Virus record (IMG/VR): IMGVR_UViG_3300030333_006991
Direction: 5' to 3' (one strand)
DNA length: 64,000 nt
Source of the DNA: an uncultured virus (IMG/VR IMGVR_UViG_3300030333_006991)
Taxonomy: Duplodnaviria > Heunggongvirae > Uroviricota > Caudoviricetes
Shown here piece by piece: positions 35,641 through 44,769 of this stretch. The notes beneath the pieces were generated by a model. It saw nothing but the letters and a program-made list of their open reading frames with translations. It did no database searches and was not told the origin of the DNA. The position numbers were made by a program, and so were the translations under genes. How positions within the stretch are numbered: position 1 is the stretch's first letter; the number at the start of each line of letters is the position of its first letter.

Positions 35641-36222
35641 ATGGCGATGAGAAGTCAAGTATATGAATTTACAGCAGCAAGCGCAGGTGCAGCGAGAGAT
35701 GCACAGAACAGTATCTTTACAGGTGGTCCAACCTTCGGAACCTCAATTACCAAGCCCGCAGAGACAACCGCAACACAATTCGTGGTTATCGAGCAGGTAG
35801 CGTCCTCAGGTTCAACCCCTGCAACATACGCAGGAACAGGTATTCAAGGTTACACTCAAGTTAGAATTAACACAACTGAGTATTTCCTGAAGCCCGACAA
35901 CATCCCTAACGATGGAGTCCCAGGCGCAGCAAGTCCTTACCCACGAAGCGTTGATTTCCAACCTTCCTTCAACCTTTACCCTGATGTATATGTTCTACCA
36001 GGTCAGGTTTGGGATGTATTGTATGTAACCCGTGGACCTGCTAACACAAATGACGGACTTGTATTCGTCAAGTATACACTTTACGATGGGCCTGATGCTC
36101 TAATCGCTAACAAGTTGTTGGAGTTGGGTATTTCAGTCAGCCCTGCAAATGTGGATTGGTATAAGCGCAGCCTAATTTCGGCACAGAGCGCACCTGCCCC
36201 TGCACCTGCTAACGGTGCATAA
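35641..36222 (+). CDS. putative major capsid protein 2 (paralogue)
   Basis: Shares MAMRSQ, KPAETTATQFVVIE, VRINTTEYF, LYPDVYVLPGQVWDVLY, VFVKYTLYDGPDAL. Confidence 0.55.
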   Translation: MAMRSQVYEFTAASAGAARDAQNSIFTGGPTFGTSITKPAETTATQFVVIEQVASSGSTPATYAGTGIQGYTQVRINTTEYFLKPDNIPNDGVPGAASPYPRSVDFQPSFNLYPDVYVLPGQVWDVLYVTRGPANTNDGLVFVKYTLYDGPDALIANKLLELGISVSPANVDWYKRSLISAQSAPAPAPANGA

Positions 36223-36237
36223 GCAGGAACCAAGTGA

Positions 36238-36294
36238 ACAGGTTTGCTACTACTTGATAGCCGTAAGGCTAAATGATGGTTGGAGCAATACTGT
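36238..36294 (+). ncRNA. 3'-UTR hairpin with box C/D-type kink-turn and GNRA loop
   Basis: TT-GA TAGCC GTAA GGCTA AAT-GA-TGG with extended lower stem ACAG..TTGCT/AGCAA..CTGT. Confidence 0.55.
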
Positions 36295-36323
36295 AACCTC
36301 TGTATGAGGAAGTTTTACTTCTT

Positions 36324-37598
36324 CTATGAGTTTACTATGCTTTCAAGGAATGCTTTGAGAGATTTACTCTCTTGTGTTTGTCGTTGATGTAGATGTTGTT
36401 TGGTTTCTTCCGTTTGGTTCAACCATTTCGCATAGTTATCTTTTACATCGTGTAAAGCCTGATTCCACGCATCCATGTTTAGATATTCTTCACGACTCAC
36501 ATACTTTGCACTATTCCCACTTGCTTCTTCAATAGTTGGATATTGTTTACAAATAACAGGGCAACCTCTTGAAATTGCTTCTGTGGCAACCTGCCCATAG
36601 CCTTCTGAGGCTGAAGGAAAGAGGAAGACATCAATTTCATCATAAAAGGTTTGAATGTCTTTCACATATTTTATTATTTCATAGTTAGTCGGTATAGGAG
36701 TGCTATACACTTCTGCACCTAAAGCGATGTAATCTTCAAATCCTCTTACTCCGTCACCCCAACCTCCGCCAAGAATCTTGAAGTGAATGTTGGGGTTCTC
36801 TGTGATAAGATGTCTCAAGTGTTGGCTACCTTTTCTTGGAATGGGGTTGATGAATCCCACTGTGAAGGGTTCGCTAAAGTTTGGATTTCTTTTGTTCTTA
36901 GACCACCATGTTTCATCTAACGGAGGGTGAAATACGATTGAATTACCTTTTCCGAAAAAACATTCGACTACCTTTTCATTGAAATCCGTAATGTGTATAC
37001 GGCCTTGTTCACCTTTACACACATGAGTTTTGGTTAGAGGTAATTTGCTCAATTCGTCTTGGAGTGTAACACCTTCTTCATTCTCATCTTTCATTATGCT
37101 GCGGAAATACTCTAAGGTTTTGTCGTAACTCTTGGTGTGCAAAACATCGTTTTCCAATTCAGCCGAAATGTGTCTATCAAAGTCATACGATAGCGTTACA
37201 AATTTAGGGAACAATTTTTTAACTTGTTCGATGTGACCCTCATCTTCGGTAAGAGGTATCTTCTGAGCAAGGATGATAGCACAATCAAAACTCTTGTAAT
37301 CTACTTCTTTCTCTATTTGGTCTAACCATTTTGTAATCAAATGTTTTAGAGAAGGCTCTTTGAGGCACGGAATAATCTTGTAACCATAATCCATCCCTTC
37401 AGCCAATTCTAAAATTTCTCTATTCAATACTCTTATCACAGGAGCAGAACCATTATCCTGTTCTTCTACCTCAGGGACAGGTGTTATTCCCCAAGCATCT
37501 ACACCTTCAGAGCATAAAGCCTCTACTAAACGATGTGGATATACCTCTCCACCCCCCCATAAAGGAGGCCAACCTAAAGATAAAACGGCTACTTTCAT
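36324..37598 (-). CDS. glycosyltransferase family 4 (GT-B)
   Basis: PPLWGGGE, KGS, DVFLFPSASEGYGQVATEAISRGCPVI. Confidence 0.9.
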   Translation of the reverse strand: MKVAVLSLGWPPLWGGGEVYPHRLVEALCSEGVDAWGITPVPEVEEQDNGSAPVIRVLNREILELAEGMDYGYKIIPCLKEPSLKHLITKWLDQIEKEVDYKSFDCAIILAQKIPLTEDEGHIEQVKKLFPKFVTLSYDFDRHISAELENDVLHTKSYDKTLEYFRSIMKDENEEGVTLQDELSKLPLTKTHVCKGEQGRIHITDFNEKVVECFFGKGNSIVFHPPLDETWWSKNKRNPNFSEPFTVGFINPIPRKGSQHLRHLITENPNIHFKILGGGWGDGVRGFEDYIALGAEVYSTPIPTNYEIIKYVKDIQTFYDEIDVFLFPSASEGYGQVATEAISRGCPVICKQYPTIEEASGNSAKYVSREEYLNMDAWNQALHDVKDNYAKWLNQTEETKQHLHQRQTQESKSLKAFLESIVNS

Positions 37599-37603
37599 AG
37601 TAA

Positions 37604-37744
37604 TCACAGATGGAAAATTAAATGGTATGCTCCTATCATGGCAGCCGTAACAATAGCGGAAAACACATTAGCGATGAATTGAACATAAATCTCATCGTGC
37701 AAATCATCATGCACTTCTTTACCAAACAGAATCCATTTCTTCAT
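37604..37744 (-). CDS. 46-aa membrane peptide
   Basis: ATGA overlap with the FkbM stop; MKKWILFGKE..IFHL. Confidence 0.45.
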   Translation of the reverse strand: MKKWILFGKEVHDDLHDEIYVQFIANVFSAIVTAAMIGAYHLIFHL

Positions 37745-38442
37745 GCAACCACCCTTGAAAACAAATAATCTGCTTGGTGTTCATCAGCGTATAAACTCCC
37801 TTCGTTGTTACTTACCTCTTGGAAACCGTATTCAGCCAACAAACTCCGAATATCATCTAAAGGGGGTGCATCCTCATATTCAGGATTTCGACAACCTTCC
37901 GTAATTATGTATTTAATTTCAGGTAAAAGTGTGGAGGCTCCTTTCAAGGCTTCAATTTCTGCCCCTTGTAAATCTAAACAAAGCAAATCAATAGTTTTGC
38001 CTTCACGATTTGTCTGCCACCATGATTCTAAAGTTTCAGTTTCTACTGATACAGATTGCTGTTCAAGTTGCGGCCTTCCTTCTTCGTTTTTACCTTTGAA
38101 AACACTTGACGCTCCTACATTACCGTTTACTACGATATGAAACTCCAAGTTAGTTTTTTCAGACCATACGGCTTTATCAACTAATTCTATTTCGGGGAAA
38201 AACTGTATGTGGTGTTTGACTAATTCAATAAGGTCGGGGTGGCATTCCCAACATACTACTTCAGCAGCGAAATGTTTGTGTAGCCAAATAGCATCTAACC
38301 CATCTCTACTACCTAATTCTACAACCGTATTGATTTCTCCTTTAGGTATATCATCTTTGAATAAAAAGTAAGCCCCTCCTCCGCCTTGATTGTGTTTTAC
38401 GGCAAACTCTACTGCCCTTTTGTGTATACTATCATCCACCAT
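37741..38442 (-). CDS. FkbM-family SAM methyltransferase
   Basis: VELGSRDG, ECHP, GASS, IDLLCLDLQGAE. Confidence 0.9.
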   Translation of the reverse strand: MVDDSIHKRAVEFAVKHNQGGGGAYFLFKDDIPKGEINTVVELGSRDGLDAIWLHKHFAAEVVCWECHPDLIELVKHHIQFFPEIELVDKAVWSEKTNLEFHIVVNGNVGASSVFKGKNEEGRPQLEQQSVSVETETLESWWQTNREGKTIDLLCLDLQGAEIEALKGASTLLPEIKYIITEGCRNPEYEDAPPLDDIRSLLAEYGFQEVSNNEGSLYADEHQADYLFSRVVA

Positions 38443-39325
38443 TAACACCACCCTTAGTTTGGGTCACATAGTATAAGTGGTCTAACTCTTCTTCAGTAGG
38501 GAAAATTAAATCTTCAGGTTTAGGAACCTCGTATGAACCATCTCCTATCCAAGTGTGAAACTTCACTGTTTCTTCGTAGATATTAGTGTTGTCCAATCCT
38601 GCGTTATTCTCCGAAGTTATCCCTGTAAAAGTCCCAACCTCTCCAATGTTTTGAATCCGTGAAACCGCAGGTTCAATACAAACCCTACCTTTAATCCAAT
38701 AATGAGCCATAGGTGTCGCCCATGAACCTTTCAAATCACAATGAGTTTCTTGGATATGTTTCCATAACCATGCTTTATTCCATTGGTGAGGCATAGATAC
38801 ATACGCAAAATCTTTGCTAATTCCGAACCACCCTTCAGAATCAATTTCTTCCCACACTCTTTTCCATGTGGCGAACCCGCAACAATTAAACCAATCGAGT
38901 GCATTTACTTGATTAGCAGCGAGGTTTTCTCTTTTATTACTGCTCATCATTGTTACCGAAAAAACTCTTTCATCGTCTTCGTAGCGTTCTAAAAGACGAG
39001 ATACAAAATTAAGTGCGGATTCTGCTAACACTACATCATCTTCGATTACAATAACACGGTCTGCCTCTTCTTCGTTGAAAGCCCACGATAAAACATATCC
39101 CATATTCCCTGCACAACCAAGATTATCTGCGTGATTACGATATTCGATTTCTAAGTTAGAGTTTTCAAGAACATTTTGATTTTTCAATTGATTCTTTTCA
39201 TCGCCTCCATCAAGAGAGCAAATAATCGGATATTTTTCTACCCCTTTACATCTTTCTAAAGCAGTAATAACTTCTTGAAAATATTCAGGTCTGTTATACG
39301 CACTTATGCAAATAATGGTTTTCAT
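38432..39325 (-). CDS. GT-A fold glycosyltransferase (GT2/GT13-like)
   Basis: AYNRPEY, SLDG, NLGC, VIEDD, SRIQNIG. Confidence 0.85.
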   Translation of the reverse strand: MKTIICISAYNRPEYFQEVITALERCKGVEKYPIICSLDGGDEKNQLKNQNVLENSNLEIEYRNHADNLGCAGNMGYVLSWAFNEEEADRVIVIEDDVVLAESALNFVSRLLERYEDDERVFSVTMMSSNKRENLAANQVNALDWFNCCGFATWKRVWEEIDSEGWFGISKDFAYVSMPHQWNKAWLWKHIQETHCDLKGSWATPMAHYWIKGRVCIEPAVSRIQNIGEVGTFTGITSENNAGLDNTNIYEETVKFHTWIGDGSYEVPKPEDLIFPTEEELDHLYYVTQTKGGVNGG

Positions 39326-40341
39326 CCTTGACCCAATCCTTGTAATCTTTCCAAATCAGAGGCGACCATGATTTTCACCATTTGCTGCAAATCGGTTTTA
39401 GGCTCCCACCCTAATTCTGTTTTAGCCTTTGTTGCATCACCTCTAAGAACATCTACTTCGGCAGGACGCATGAAACGAGGGTCTTGTTTCACATACGGTT
39501 TCCAATCTTCAATACCGACTTCTTGGAAAGCCAACTCAAGAAAATCTCTAATACTGAAAGTTTTTCCTGTGGCAAGCACATAATCCTTAGGCTCATCTTG
39601 TTGAAGCATTAACCACATACCTTCCACATAATCAGGAGCATACCCCCAATCTCTCTTAGCATCAAGTGTTCCAAGAGCGATATGGTCTTGTAGACCTAAA
39701 TGAATCCGAGCCACACCATCCGTAATTTTCCGAGTTACAAACTCTATCCCTCGCCTTTCTGATTCGTGATTGAATAAAATGCCTGAACACGCAAACATAT
39801 CATAGGATTCTCGATAATTTTTCACCATCCAAAAACCGTAAAGTTTAGCCACACCATAAGGAGAGCGAGGATAAAATGGGGTTGTTTCCGAGGCAGGATT
39901 TTCTACCATCTTTCCAAACATTTCTGAAGTTGAGGCTTGATAGAAGCGAAGGGGCGGAGTAGATTCCTCATTTTGATATTCTCTAACCGCTTCCAACATT
40001 CTCAACACACCTAAAGCATTCACATCACTTGTTTGCATAGGGATTTCCCACGAAGAACCCACAAACGATTGCGCTGCGAGGTTATAGACCTCATGTGGAG
40101 TGGATTTCTTTAGGGCTCGTAAAAGGGAGTTTTGGTCAGTTAAATCGCCTGTGAGGAAGTGAAAATTAGGGTGGTCTTCAAGGTGGGCTGTATTCGTTCT
40201 ATTCGGTTTAGATGTTCTGCGTTCCAAACCGTATACGATGTAACCCTTTTCTAAAAGGAAGTCGGCTAAATGACTCCCATCCATTCCGTTTACACCTGTT
40301 ATCAAGGCTCTCTTTTCCTTGTTGTTATCTTGTATTTCCAT
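39322..40341 (-). CDS. gmd: GDP-mannose 4,6-dehydratase
   Basis: ALITGVNGMDGSHLA, YNLAAQS, FYQASTSE, PRSPYGVAK, ILFNHES, FVTRKIT, RDWG, RPAEV. Confidence 0.97.
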   Translation of the reverse strand: MEIQDNNKEKRALITGVNGMDGSHLADFLLEKGYIVYGLERRTSKPNRTNTAHLEDHPNFHFLTGDLTDQNSLLRALKKSTPHEVYNLAAQSFVGSSWEIPMQTSDVNALGVLRMLEAVREYQNEESTPPLRFYQASTSEMFGKMVENPASETTPFYPRSPYGVAKLYGFWMVKNYRESYDMFACSGILFNHESERRGIEFVTRKITDGVARIHLGLQDHIALGTLDAKRDWGYAPDYVEGMWLMLQQDEPKDYVLATGKTFSIRDFLELAFQEVGIEDWKPYVKQDPRFMRPAEVDVLRGDATKAKTELGWEPKTDLQQMVKIMVASDLERLQGLGQG

Positions 40342-40342
40342 A

Positions 40343-41239
40343 TTATCCTCTCTTGAATGTTTTGGTTCCGTTCAGGACGGAGTATTCTATTTTTTCATCT
40401 CCTGCACAACCTCTTTCTAAATTGAGTGTTTCTTCAAACCATTTCCAATACTCTTCATCGTTGATGTTGTTATCTACCATTTTCAATGCCGCAAACATTT
40501 CACTAAAACCATCTCCTCGACTTATGGACTTGATTCCTGATTCATCTTTATGAGTCGCTCCTTGTTGAGTTGTTTGATTGATATGCACTCGATAGGTTCC
40601 TAAAATTGCCTCTATTTGGTGGCAATCTTCAGGCCATCTTTTCGCAATCTTACAATTCAATTCAGTGTCTTCTCCCATTGTGTGCTTGATGTTCCATCCA
40701 CCCACAGTTTCTACTGCTTTTCGTGAGTAGATATGTGTGGAAGTCATCAAGGGACTCCAAAATATTCTGAACCATCTGTGAGGAGGATATGTTTTTTCCC
40801 ACTCTCTGTGATAGCCTCCTACATTCGTGGTTTTGTATTCGTTACCTTTGTTAGAAACAACTATTACATCTACATCAGCCGCACCCCAAATAAACTTCAG
40901 ATTTGGATTCTCTTTGAGAAGATTCGCACAATCTTCTAATTTCAAATCATACCATGTATCATCCGAATCTAAAAGAGCGAGATAAGGATTATTTCCTGCT
41001 TCTGTGGCTTGATTACGGGCGTCAGCGATTCCAATACCTTCTTGTTGTATGATATGGATTCTATCATCTTCGTAATCGGCAAGTATTTTCTTTGAATGCC
41101 ATTCGTGGTCTTCAGGTGTTCCGTCTGAAATGTAAATCTGAAATTTTTGATAAGTTTGTTTCAATACCGAATCAATGGCTTCTCTTAGATGATGCGGTTC
41201 TGTTTTGTAAACAGGTATGATAATATCAAACTCAACCAT
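40343..41239 (-). CDS. glycosyltransferase family 2
   Basis: IIIPVYK, GIADARN, LLDSDD, GED. Confidence 0.9.
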   Translation of the reverse strand: MVEFDIIIPVYKTEPHHLREAIDSVLKQTYQKFQIYISDGTPEDHEWHSKKILADYEDDRIHIIQQEGIGIADARNQATEAGNNPYLALLDSDDTWYDLKLEDCANLLKENPNLKFIWGAADVDVIVVSNKGNEYKTTNVGGYHREWEKTYPPHRWFRIFWSPLMTSTHIYSRKAVETVGGWNIKHTMGEDTELNCKIAKRWPEDCHQIEAILGTYRVHINQTTQQGATHKDESGIKSISRGDGFSEMFAALKMVDNNINDEEYWKWFEETLNLERGCAGDEKIEYSVLNGTKTFKRG

Positions 41240-41338
41240 ACCTCAACTATGGGCAGATGGTATTTATCTATTACCTCTTTTCATCAACACTCGATGTTAT
41301 CGTTTATAGCCTTGTTTGTAGAAATAGGTATGAGAGGC

Positions 41339-42715
41339 ATGGCAAAGACGCAGGAAAAAACAGTGTTTTCCTTGATGGGGAACGACATTACAGAGACACA
41401 AATTAAGCATTTAGTGTCGCTTCTGCGTGAAAATCCCAACCTCGATGAGGAGATGTGTATAGATGGTCAAGCAGAAGAATATCTTGGGCGACCTGACTAT
41501 CATCAAACGGTTCAATCGTTTTACGACCACGAATCTCCTGTAATGAGTTATTGTGCTTACCAAGTCATGCAAGAACACTTCATCATTGAAGATGAGTGTT
41601 GGTTCAAAGATTCTCACTACTCGGCTTCGGCTAAACGGATTCCTGCTTTGTATGATACTTTGCCTTTGAAAAAAACTCCTCAGCATAAGGATGACCGTGT
41701 AAGGATTCCGAAAAAGGGTCATTACTTTTGTAAACACAAAAAGGATAATACAAAGTGGGTGTTTTCTTTTCAAACATGGGAAGGAGCGGAATTGGATATA
41801 CGAATATCCACAGCAGAAAGCCACGATAGAATAAAAGGAGTGTTTGATGCTATTGACTCTTTTTTTGCTCTCAAAGGCCCTCTGAAAGGGGCTTGCTTCA
41901 ATCCTCATTGGAAATGGGTGGAGCCTGAATATGCGAATTGGGATTCCGTCATTTTGGGTGAAGAAGTGAAAGACGCATTAGATTTGAACATCGTCACATT
42001 TCTCGATAATTTGGAATTATATGAACAGCACAATTTACCGACATCCCGTGGAATACTACTTTCAGGATTGCCAGGCACAGGAAAAACTCTGACTATGGAA
42101 GTATTGCTTAACGAGTTTTCACAATTCACTCGTATCTATGCTCCTGCTGAAACTTTGAGCCAACCCAATGCCATTAACGACACATACGCTTTGGCTCGGA
42201 AATTAAGTCCTACACTCGTTATTATTGAAGATATTGATACACTTGGTCAATCTCAAGACCACCAAGATAGGTCAATCTATGTTTCTCAATTACTTTCTTC
42301 TCTCAACAGTGCGGAGCCGAATAGTGGAGTTATCACAGTGGCATCTACAAATTATCCTCAAGCCTTAGACATCGCTCTGAGAGATAGACCAGGTCGTTTC
42401 GATGCTCGGATTAACTTCACTTTGCCCAACTCTGAGGAAAGGATGAAGATTCTGAAGAAGTATTCTTCTCCCTTCAAGATTTCTGATGTGAAATGGAAAA
42501 ATTGGGCTAAGAAAACAGAAAACTTCACAGGAGCGTGGTTGCGTGAGTTAGTTACTACTGCTTTCACCCTTGCCGTGAGAGAAGCAAAGAGTAATAAGAA
42601 ACCTGTCCTCAAAGAGAAATACATGGAACAAGCATTTTCTATCGTAGAGAAAACTCGGTCTTTGGTTAATCAAAGAAGGAGTCAAGAAGAAGAGAATGAA
42701 ACTTTGTTCATGTAG
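41339..42715 (+). CDS. AAA+ ATPase (single AAA domain, CDC48/PAN/FtsH-like)
   Basis: GLPGTGKT, IIEDID, ASTN, DRPGRFD, FTGA. Confidence 0.9.
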   Translation: MAKTQEKTVFSLMGNDITETQIKHLVSLLRENPNLDEEMCIDGQAEEYLGRPDYHQTVQSFYDHESPVMSYCAYQVMQEHFIIEDECWFKDSHYSASAKRIPALYDTLPLKKTPQHKDDRVRIPKKGHYFCKHKKDNTKWVFSFQTWEGAELDIRISTAESHDRIKGVFDAIDSFFALKGPLKGACFNPHWKWVEPEYANWDSVILGEEVKDALDLNIVTFLDNLELYEQHNLPTSRGILLSGLPGTGKTLTMEVLLNEFSQFTRIYAPAETLSQPNAINDTYALARKLSPTLVIIEDIDTLGQSQDHQDRSIYVSQLLSSLNSAEPNSGVITVASTNYPQALDIALRDRPGRFDARINFTLPNSEERMKILKKYSSPFKISDVKWKNWAKKTENFTGAWLRELVTTAFTLAVREAKSNKKPVLKEKYMEQAFSIVEKTRSLVNQRRSQEEENETLFM

Positions 42716-42717
42716 AT

Positions 42718-43374
42718 GTGATTGAGTTGATAACAACCATAGATGAGTTTGAAAAAAGTGCAGCAGAATGGCAATTGAAGTTTCCTCGGAAATACCGAGC
42801 AGAACGCATCCGAGGATTGCCCTCGATGAGAAATACTTTTGATGGATTGTTCCGAAGTAATGGGGAGCCACCAAGTCCTGAAATCTTTTCGCAAGCAGTA
42901 TGGGATGGTTGTAAAGGTGTGCGAGATGACCTTGAAGAAGATGTTAAGGCGAGGGCTCGCAGAGCCCACCCTTCTTTTGTTAGGGAAGCACATTTCTATC
43001 TGATTCTAAAGGAAAAATTAGAGGGAGTAGCAGAAGTTTTTACCTCTGCTGAATTAGATATGCACTATAAGACCGATTTTTTGATTTCTGCTCTAAACGC
43101 ACCCATAGAAATTCGTATTCACACCTACACCGATACACAGAGAGCGCATCATTTTGCTGCTACGGAAACTAAACAACCACTCGCCTACAAACCTTACAAT
43201 CCTGTAAACGGAGATGTGGAGGAAGAAGCCATTATTCTTGACTTGAGATTACCTATTGTTAGAGGTATTGGAAAGGAATTAGAAAATGGTCTTTGGTTGT
43301 ATAATGCTGACCATGCAGAAGAAGTTTTAGAGGCTCTCAAGCAGATTCACGCAGATAATGGTTTTGACTTTTAA
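42718..43374 (+). CDS. putative PD-(D/E)xK endonuclease (restriction-enzyme-like)
   Basis: RAHPSFVREAH helix, LDMHYKTDFLI. Confidence 0.45.
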   Translation: MIELITTIDEFEKSAAEWQLKFPRKYRAERIRGLPSMRNTFDGLFRSNGEPPSPEIFSQAVWDGCKGVRDDLEEDVKARARRAHPSFVREAHFYLILKEKLEGVAEVFTSAELDMHYKTDFLISALNAPIEIRIHTYTDTQRAHHFAATETKQPLAYKPYNPVNGDVEEEAIILDLRLPIVRGIGKELENGLWLYNADHAEEVLEALKQIHADNGFDF

Positions 43375-43441
43375 GTTTTTGGCTTGTTTAACCGCAACGG
43401 TCATATAGTCGTGGCACTACATCGGGATTGAAGTGATTTTA

Positions 43442-43657
43442 ATGTCTGATTTAGATGATGTTCTTCAGCGTGATTTAGAAGGAAAGGTCACATGGTTAGT
43501 TTCAAAAGTAAGTGAAATAGATAATAGGGTCGAAGTTATTGAAACCAATCATCTTACTCACATTGAAAAGGAATTGAAATCTCTAACTAAAACCGTCAGC
43601 ATCATTATGGCTATCGGTATGACTTTGATGACGGGAATCAACTTCGTTGGTCTTTGA
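43442..43657 (+). CDS. small coiled-coil plus C-terminal TM protein
   Basis: IETNHLTHIE; variant motif TCATATAGTC at 43401. Confidence 0.65.
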   Translation: MSDLDDVLQRDLEGKVTWLVSKVSEIDNRVEVIETNHLTHIEKELKSLTKTVSIIMAIGMTLMTGINFVGL

Positions 43658-43679
43658 ATATATTCATTGTAAAAGGCGA

Positions 43680-43693
43680 GCATTCTTATAGTC
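43680..43693 (+). promoter_or_regulatory. GCATTCTTATAGTC promoter motif
   Basis: 29 nt before ATG 43722. Confidence 0.8.
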
Positions 43694-43721
43694 CTTCGGG
43701 ATAGTAAGGGTGGTGAAAACA

Positions 43722-44168
43722 ATGGCAGGTATAGGTTCGTTTCTCCGTAATAACGCTTGGCTCATTATTGGAGGAGCCGTTATAGGATTTGTTTTTAGAA
43801 GACAGATTTCTGATTTTGCTACATCTTTGAGTGGGCGTCTATTGAAACGAGATGAAAAGGCAACAGAAATTGTTTATCGCCCTCAACCTATTGCAGGAAC
43901 AGGTCAATTTGGTCGCACTTTAGGGCAAACAAGAGTTATGTCCACAGGCGAAGCCCCTCCTATGTTCGATAGAGGGAGAGCAGTTGGTCAAACCGTAGCC
44001 ACTAATCCTGAGTCGGAAATAACAGATACGCCACTTCCTATGGGTCCTGTGCATGACCCTGCTACTGATACCCAAATGTTTAATGGAGCATTTACTGATG
44101 GAGCCTTGAAGTATACGGTTGCAGGTTTCGGAGCGAATTATTCGGGTTCTGCGATTGGGGTTCATTGA
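43722..44168 (+). CDS. N-terminal TM virion-type protein
   Basis: AWLIIGGAVIGFVF; GRTLGQ and GRAVGQ repeats. Confidence 0.75.
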   Translation: MAGIGSFLRNNAWLIIGGAVIGFVFRRQISDFATSLSGRLLKRDEKATEIVYRPQPIAGTGQFGRTLGQTRVMSTGEAPPMFDRGRAVGQTVATNPESEITDTPLPMGPVHDPATDTQMFNGAFTDGALKYTVAGFGANYSGSAIGVH

Positions 44169-44184
44169 TTCGTGAGGAATAAAT

Positions 44185-44736
44185 ATGAGAAAAAGATTCA
44201 TGGATAAAGGCTCAGAGATGGGACTTTGGAAGGCTGAAGATTTCAGTGCTGAAGATGGAGATGGTGAAGAAGTTTCCATTCCTAAAAGAGATTTCACAAT
44301 TCCTTTTCTATCTTCTTTGAGAGATGATACTCTCACATTAGGCAGCCTTTGTCTTTCCGTAACCGCAGGTGCAGCAGGTATTTTTACAAAAGAAAGCCTT
44401 GTAGATAACACATGGAAAAGTGTTCTTCGTTACGCTTCGATTGGACTTGGAGCGTTTGCTTTAGGAAGGATAACACGAAATGGAGATGTTAATTCACTTG
44501 CTGAAACCTTTGCTCAAGAGAGAAACATGATGGAACAGGTCTTGGATAAAATGGAACATGATATTGAAGAAATTGAGGAAGAAGCCGCCACTAATGCAAG
44601 GAAACAGGTTTTAGATGTAGGCGGAGGGATGTTGAATGCGTTCCACGCCACAATGGGTCCTTCTTTGACGAGTAGTAACAATGCTTACACAACAAGAGCG
44701 CATGGTCAAGACCCGTTCTCACAAATCCGCTACTGA
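44185..44736 (+). CDS. two-TM protein with WKAEDFSAE and LAETFAQE linkers
   Basis: Linker motifs and hydrophobic helices. Confidence 0.75.
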   Translation: MRKRFMDKGSEMGLWKAEDFSAEDGDGEEVSIPKRDFTIPFLSSLRDDTLTLGSLCLSVTAGAAGIFTKESLVDNTWKSVLRYASIGLGAFALGRITRNGDVNSLAETFAQERNMMEQVLDKMEHDIEEIEEEAATNARKQVLDVGGGMLNAFHATMGPSLTSSNNAYTTRAHGQDPFSQIRY

Positions 44737-44769
44737 TAGGCTTATTACATAGGACGGTTTAGTAACTGT

